Source: Amoebidium appalachense (lineage: Eukaryota; Protista; Ichthyosporea). Taken from it: 64,000 nucleotides of DNA. Location: positions 8,060,940 through 8,124,939 of the forward strand of contig CAVNZM010000013.1 in assembly GCA_963693365.1 (NCBI GenBank), written 5' to 3'. Positions 57,270 to 64,000 of the stretch are shown in pieces (the first letter of the stretch is position 1; every line of letters begins with the position of its first letter). The notes beneath the pieces are model-generated. The model was given only the letters and a program-made list of their open reading frames with translations, searched no databases and was not told the DNA's origin. Position numbers and translations under genes: made by a program.

Positions 57270-57785
57270 TTTTTAATAAGGACTTTATTGATATGCTCAG
57301 CAAAATAGAAGCCATCGAGATATCACCGATATCTCGGAGAAGAAAATACAAAAGCCCTCACTCTCGGATACGGAGGGGGGGGGGGGATGACCGTACCTCT
57401 CCTATCCATAGATCTCTATCCAGTATAATCTAGAGAGACGGGTGTTTGGGTGGGGGGAGGGGTGGGAAATGCAAGATACAGCAAGATACAGCAAGCGACA
57501 AGGGGGAACGGTTTTAAAAAAAATAATAATAATAATCATACTCCCTAGATAACTTTTTTTTATATAATAATGACTTTATTGATGTGCTCATATGTTCGAA
57601 GGACACGAGATATCCCATATATCTCGAGAGACGATTTTCGAGTTTTTTTATTTTTATAATGACTTTATTGATGTGCTCATATGTTCGAAGGACACAAAAA
57701 AGAGATATCCCAGATATCTCGAGAGACGATTTTCCAATAGACGTAATGTTTTTTTTATAATGACTTTATTGATGTGCTCATAGAA
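57270..57785. repeat. AT-rich repeat with internal subrepeats, related to window positions 500-562
   Basis: ATAATGACTTTATTGATGTGCTCATA at about 57567, 57656 and 57757. GAGATATC...GATATCTC palindromes. 52-nt near-identity to 511-562. Confidence 0.7.
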
Positions 57786-57789
57786 GGTG

Positions 57790-57989
57790 AAAAAAACTTT
57801 CCGGAATAGCCAAGGCATCCGATCCTTGACTACCCCGGTTGGAGTTAGCTTAGGGCCCTTAGTTAGAGGGCCATTGCCATAGTTCTGCACCCAGGCAGGG
57901 CATCCGATCGGCCAATGCGCTACTGTACATCCCCAGGTGCCTCCTGCGTCGGAGGCGAGGAGCTTACCCGCTCGGCCACAGCGGCTCCT
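57790..57989 (-). mobile_element. tRNA-derived SINE, copy 1 (A box present, B box deleted)
   Basis: Minus strand GAGCCGCTGTGGCCGAGCGGGTAAG (A box TGGCCGAGCGG), hairpin GCCTCC-GACGCA-GGAGGC, a ~150-nt body, and a T-rich end. Confidence 0.7.
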
Positions 57990-57990
57990 C

Positions 57991-58168
57991 AATAAACTTT
58001 GCGGAATAGCCAAGGCACCGATCCTTGACTACCCCGGTTGGAGTTAGCTTAGAGGGCCATTGCCATAGTCCTGCACCCAGGCGAGTCCCATCAGGGCATC
58101 CGATCCCCAATGTGCTACATCCCGGGATTCGAACCAGGTGCCTCCTGCGTCGGAGGCGATGAGCTTAT
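57991..58168 (-). mobile_element. tRNA-derived SINE, copy 2 (B box present, 5'-truncated)
   Basis: Minus strand ...GCCTCCGACGCAGGAGGCACCTGGTTCGAATCCCGG (B box GGTTCGAATCC), followed by the same body as copy 1. Confidence 0.72.
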
Positions 58169-58869
58169 CAGGATTATCTAAATAAGCCAGTCTTCTAACT
58201 AAAGTTTCTAACGGAATAATCTGAGATAAATAAATACATCGATCTAATTGTTTACGAGAAAAAGGTTTTGCACAAAAGTGGCACAAACATTTCTGGAAAC
58301 AAAGGTTACAGCGCCAAAATAAACATTTCCAAGCTATATCACAAGGAGGGGTTAGAATTGCATAATCGGTAAGTGTGGTAGGTTTACGTGCAAATTTTGG
58401 AGTGATCGGTTTTAGGTTCTAAAAATAAGCCAGTGGGGCTTAAATTTTCCAGAGTTTGATATATATAAATCCAACCGAATTTTACTGTTGTAGAAAGGGG
58501 GTTCTTGCTTGTAATTTTTTCGATTTATGTTCTTGTTCGACCCGGCCTCACTAACGGTCACAAGTCCTTCAAGCTCAAGTTCAAGCAAAGCAAAGGACAG
58601 ATGTGATGTGTTTTGTAGTGTTGCTCTAGTCGAGGGCTAGTTAGTGAGCAACCACTTTCCCACGAGGACTAAAAGTTCTGTGAAGCGTACGTTTTCTGGC
58701 TGCCCGGATTTCATGGGACTGTTATAGCCGGGGACCTTTTTCCGGTTCTCCAGAAATCTGTTGCAATTTAAATTTGTCATCTGTCCACAGCTACATACAC
58801 AGTTTGAGTACATTAGAGTGGTAATACTTGAGCTCTCTTTAGGCACGTTAAAGCGCACACGTGTCAAAC

Positions 58870-60561
58870 ATGGGGCGAGCAAAGAAAGCAGACGCGCAGG
58901 TGAAGTCAGCAGAAAAGCCGAAGAACACGGGGGAGGTCAACCCCAAGAGCAAGGCCAAGTGCATCCACGGCCGTGTGACGCGCTACTGCCGTGACTGTGG
59001 GGGCTCTGCGCTGTGCGACCACGGCAGGTTCCGCTACACGTGCAAGGACTGCGGGGGGCAGGGGATATGCGAGCACGGCAAGCGCAGGACGGTGTGTGTG
59101 GAGTGCAAGGGCAGTGGGGTGTGCGAGCACCTCAGGCAGAGGTGGAGCTGCAACGACTGCAGAGAGGCCGCCTGGAGGGACAGCGAGTACGAGCAGGACG
59201 ACTATGCGCAGGTGAGGCCTGGGGCTGGATTGGCTGCCTGGTGTGCTATAGTGGGGCACTTGGGAACGCCTTTTTTTTTTGGGGGGGGGGGGGGGGGGGA
59301 AGGGGGGAAGGGGTGAAAGGAGGGGGGGGGGGAGGGGGGGGGGGGGGGGGTTGTAAGGCAAGTTGTTAACCATTTGTCAGCCAATCCTGTTCTTTGCCCT
59401 TTTCTTGCATCATCTTCCGGTTTAAAATAGGGCATGAACTTGCTGTGCATGTGATGAGATTTGAGACTTGCTTTGCTAGTAATCAGTGGTGTGGTAATGC
59501 TTTCAATTTGTCGATCATTGTGGTTGGAAAGCATTATCGCGTCTTCCACAGATACCAGCCTGCTTTTTTCCCTGTCATGAACTTTTTAATTCCCTTTTGA
59601 ATACCCCCTCACCACACTGCACAGACCTCTTACAGTCCCCTTAACCCCTCAGGACCAGCCCCAGGCACCCATCCCGGCCACGGCCAGCCACATACCCCGC
59701 TTCCGTGCTTCCATGACCACAAACGAAAACGATGCCGCCACTATTTTGGCCCAGCTTGCGCCTTCATATGACGCCCGGTTTGCCCAGGACGACCCCTACG
59801 ACCCCTATGCCCCCCAGCAGCAGACAGGCGACCACTTTGCTCAGCTGCCGCCACCACCGGCAGTCAAGGGCAAGAAGAAGAAAACACGCAACAAGATCAA
59901 CGTCAACTGGTACTGCGAGCACAAGAGGGTTAAGAAGTACTGCCGTGGATGTGGCGGTGAAGGCTTCTGCCCCCACGGGCGCATACCGTACACGTGCAAG
60001 GACTGCGGGGGTGCCGGCATATGCGAACACGGACTGCGGCGGTCTGTGTGCCGGCTGTGCAAGGGCTCGGGCATATGCGTCCACAACAAGCAGAAGTACA
60101 CGTGCACGGCCTGCCGCATAGGCAAGAGCTTCTGCAAGCACGGTAAGCGCCGGGGCTACTGCAACGAGTGCGGGGGGTCGCTACTGTGTGCCCACCAGAA
60201 GAACAGAGGAAACTGCCGCCTGTGCAAGCCTGAGTACTTCTGTGAGCACATGCGCAAGCGCACGGCCTGCAACGTGTGCCGGGCTGGCGGCCACTGCATC
60301 CATGGGCGGCGGCGCATCAACTGCATCTACTGCGACGAGACGGGCATGTGTGTGCACGGCATAGCACGCCTCAAGTGCCCCCTGTGCCAGGCCGCTCCCC
60401 AGGCCGTGCAAGTCGGTGTGTGCCTGTCTATACCCCCCCCCACCCCCTCCTCCTCCCCCCTTTGGGCGTACAAAAGAAATGAAAGGAAAATCATGTGGCT
60501 GATCAATGTGAGCCGATGTTGGAGAAAACGGAAAGCGGAGACGGCAGGTCCCGCGCGGCAA

Positions 60562-60599
<38 letters not shown>

Positions 60600-63389
60600 A
60601 GGGCTTGTACGTCTTGTTTGCCTGTGCTGCTATCTATGTTTGGGTTGGATGAGTGCTGTAACCACACAGGATTCGTGTTTCCTACAGCTCGACTAAGAAA
60701 ATGGGTGTGAGGTTCGGGGGGAGAGAGGGGGGGGGGGGGGGGGGGGGAGGCAATGCTCACCTGTATTTTGCATACTGTTGTGCCTAAATCATGGTTAAGG
60801 CACAGCGTCAGACCCAAAACACTCAGTTTTGTAATCTCACACGTCGATGTTTTTCCTCTTTTGTATTTTCACACGTCGTTTTCCTCTTTTTCCATTTCCA
60901 CAAGTGCTCTTCCCGTCCATGTTCGTGTTTCTGTTGCTGGTCCTGTGCTGTACATGCTATGTTTAGTGCCTGTGTGCCCCGAGTGTCCTAAGTCTCAGTG
61001 GGCGTTTGTTGTGGCCCTTCGCTGCCATGCTTCCTGTGCCTAACTGAAAACCCCCCTCCCCCCGCCCCCCAGCACGCGCACATACACATCACACACACAC
61101 CACAATCGGCACACACATGTCCGTATCTACATGCACACACTGAGAAAACTATGGAGCGCACGAAACTTCTAAACAAGGTCATCTGTGTTACACCTCTATT
61201 GGCACACACCCATAATCACATGCACACACCCAAAGCACATACGTGCTTATCTCACAGATACACCCACATCACATACACAACCATATCACTGCACACACCC
61301 ATACTATATGCATGCCTGTCACAGACACCCTCGTCACGCTTCCACCACATACATTTGCAAACACACTCGTCACATTCACGAATATCATGCCACATACACC
61401 CACATCACATTTACACCTATTTCGCATACACACCTTTTGCTACATACACACCCGATACTCCATACACATTCGCATCACATATACACCCATATCACATGCA
61501 CACCCACACTGCATACAACTACTTCGTTCTAATAACCTCCCCCGCCCTTCAACACACACACACAAACAAACACACACATGCACCCACAGTCTGATATGTA
61601 CATTCCACGAGAAGACACTCCGAAGTTAAAGCTCGATCGGCATCGATGTACCTAACTTTAATCTCCAATGGTTACCTATCGTTATAGTTTGATCTCTGAC
61701 CAGATTGATTTGAGGATTGGTCAATGTCTGGTTCTCGAATTCGATCGACATCTGGTGAAAAAGGTTCTTTAATGAAAAACACATATCCTAATAAAGCATT
61801 TCCTGTGTGCGCGTCGCTAACACACAATGGTACCGCTCGATAGAGCAAAAAATTAGCTTTCATTTAAGTATAGGGTCGAGGGGTTTTCGATCGCTGCGAT
61901 GGGTCGAAATTTACGAAAAACAGAAAGTAGTCTTCTCGTAGAAGGTACATATTAACTATTCCCGCTTCCCACAGGTGATGGGCAGGATATGAATGCAGGC
62001 TGGCCGCCCGGGGCGTACCAAACAGCTGGAGCACGGCATTCCATGCAGACAGGTGCAGATTATCCCCCAGAGGCATGGGTCAAGCTGTTTTGTTTCGTAG
62101 GCCTTTGCTTAGTGGGATGGTAGTGGCCCGGTGACAATATTCACAATGGTGCACACGCTATACCCATTGCATTTGTGTATTGGCTTGCTGTGCTTAGAGT
62201 GGGGAGCTTGAGAGCTGTGTGGATGTCCAGCTTACACTCTGGTCTTTCTCGGATCTTTCGTTTTCGTTGTGTTATCAGGAATGGAATGGGTCTCACAACA
62301 GTGATTGTTGAGGCATTGGATTTTGCTTGGTGCTGTGTGGTTTTCATTTGTTGGATCGACCTTGCTTGCATGTTTATTTCTTTTCTCTAGTTACTATGCG
62401 TGTTTTTGTTGGGCATGATGATGGGTGGTTGGCAGCTGGCGGATGTAAGGTTTTGCGGGTTCTGCTGATGGTGGTTTTATTCGTTTTTTATTGCCCACTT
62501 CCTTTTTTTCTTTCCTTCTTCATCCCCCCCCCCCCCCCTCGGAGTGGGGTGGGGGATGTGTGTGCCAATGTGCATGTGTGCGCATGTCAGGGTGGGCGGG
62601 CGGATGGGCACATGTGTATTCCTCGTACCCTCATGCATCACCACCTAACCCACCCACACACACACACACACAGGCACTAGTGGTGACGTCAGCATGGACG
62701 AGCTACCCCCCCTCAAGCGGCCAGGTGGAGGGGCAGTGGGGACTGAGACGGACGAGGAGCTATCAGGGCAGAGACAGTACATGCAGCAGACAACATATAA
62801 CCACGAGACACAGACACTGGGCACTATATGCCGCCATGGCAAGGAGGCCAGGGATTGTAGCAAGTGTGGGGATAGCACGGTGTGCAAGCATGGCAGGGAG
62901 ACACGTACGTGCAAGCGGTGCACAGAGCTGTGCATGCACTCCAACGAGCGTGCCAAGTGCATGGCCTGCCGGCTGTCGTACATGTGTGAGCACGACAATG
63001 TGCGCCACTATTGCAGGGACTGTCATGGCCGGGGCTACTGCGACCACGGTAAGAAATTGCAGCATTGCCGGCTGTGTGGGGCCGGGGCATTGTGCCCACA
63101 CGGTGAGGTCAAGGCGAGGTGTGGGGAGTGTGCACCGCAGAACTTCTGCATGCACGGGAAGAAGAGGGGCAAGTGTGATGTGTGCAACGAGATACCGGAG
63201 GTGGAGATTGAGCCTATTTTTATCGACACCACGGCAGGGGGCACACAGACACAGGAGGACATGAGCATGGCCGGGTGTGTGCGCAAGAGGCGCATCACGA
63301 TACTGGAGTGGGTGGATGAGGAGCCTGCTAGTGAGGAGAGGCTGCTCAATGAGTGGGCAGACTGGCAGGCTACCCTGTGCATGTCGTGA
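58870..63389 (+). CDS. Cys/His-rich repeat protein with 20 CxH-x6-CxxC(GG) putative zinc-binding repeats, 3 exons
   Basis: Exons 58870-59211 (4 repeats), 59653-60415 (9 repeats) and 62674-63389 (7 repeats). They join in frame through GT-AG introns of phase 0 and 1, with CTTAAC/CTAAC branch motifs. Basic NLS-like KGKKKKTR. Confidence 0.82.
61594..61952. mobile_element. MITE in intron 2 of the Cys-repeat gene
   Basis: TIRs ATATGTACATTCCACGAGAAGAC and GTCTTCTCGTAGAAGGTACATAT (23 bp, 2 mismatches). TA dinucleotides at the ends are consistent with a TA TSD. Confidence 0.72.
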
Positions 63390-64000
63390 TCCATTGTCTT
63401 CGTTAAAGTCTTTTAGTTTTTATTATGGGCTTACGGCAAACTTGATTAGCTCCAGGAGGTTGCCGTTTTTTTTTCCCCCTCCGGTTTGTAATGGAGTGAT
63501 GGTGTGTGTGCAGTCACCACCTGACGGATACTTGGCGTGACATGGCTATACACAGAAGCGTGGCCTGGGGTGCACATATAATGGTATGCTGAGAACATAA
63601 GAGGGCTTGTGTAGGGTGGGTTTTCTTACTCCCCTTCTTATGTTTTTGTTAGCCCCCCCTCCCCTTCAACCTGGGGGGGGCATGCGTGATAGTTGGGTAA
63701 GCATAACATAAAGCATCATTAATGCGTAACCATATGTGATTCCTACGTAGCAGTTGTATGACTGCTTAGCAGACTTGATGTGATTCTAATCACACACCTC
63801 ACTGTAATGTGTCCAAGGCACATGTGCCTCAAGAGTCTGACAAAGTTCATTACCAAACTAATCTTGCCACATGACAGGCATGCATGAACGATGCAAAAGG
63901 TCGTCAGCCCACCCCTCCCTCTTCTAGCTGCTTCCCGGATGTGCGCCTCTCCTAATGAATCTCTTCCCTCGGATATCCACACTTCAACCCAAAATCCCCA

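Noticed and set aside
58110-58168. tRNA gene
   Set aside because: No complete cloverleaf or acceptor stem. It continues into a repeated body, so it is called a SINE.
63743-64000. Minus-strand ORF at the window end
   Set aside because: No recognisable motif, and it is truncated by the window edge.

Overview
Eukaryotic, intron-rich genomic DNA, plausibly from a unicellular holozoan such as an ichthyosporean (inference from the ORP5/8-type gene and gene structure). Introns are saturated with poly-C/poly-G and (CA)n/(GT)n/(CT)n tracts, so most ORF-track entries are artefacts. Five spliced genes can be assembled by eye: an ORP5/8-type oxysterol-binding protein (+, 1318-19827), an ankyrin-repeat/SAM protein with a myristoylation motif (-, 22245-38638), a POT/PTR peptide transporter (+, 39886-48468), an F-box/LRR protein (-, 51872-56513) and a protein with 20 CxH-x6-CxxC repeats (+, 58870-63389). 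Mobile elements include a TTAA piggyBac-type MITE, a second MITE, a solo-LTR-like insert and two tRNA-derived SINE copies. The main finding is a ~400-nt dispersed intronic element, present in three copies from two diverged subfamilies. It contains all the parts of a hammerhead ribozyme in a non-circularly permuted (pseudoknotted) order, supported by compensatory changes, and lies sense to both host pre-mRNAs. A second recurring pattern is minisatellites built from tandem copies of splice-site sequences.
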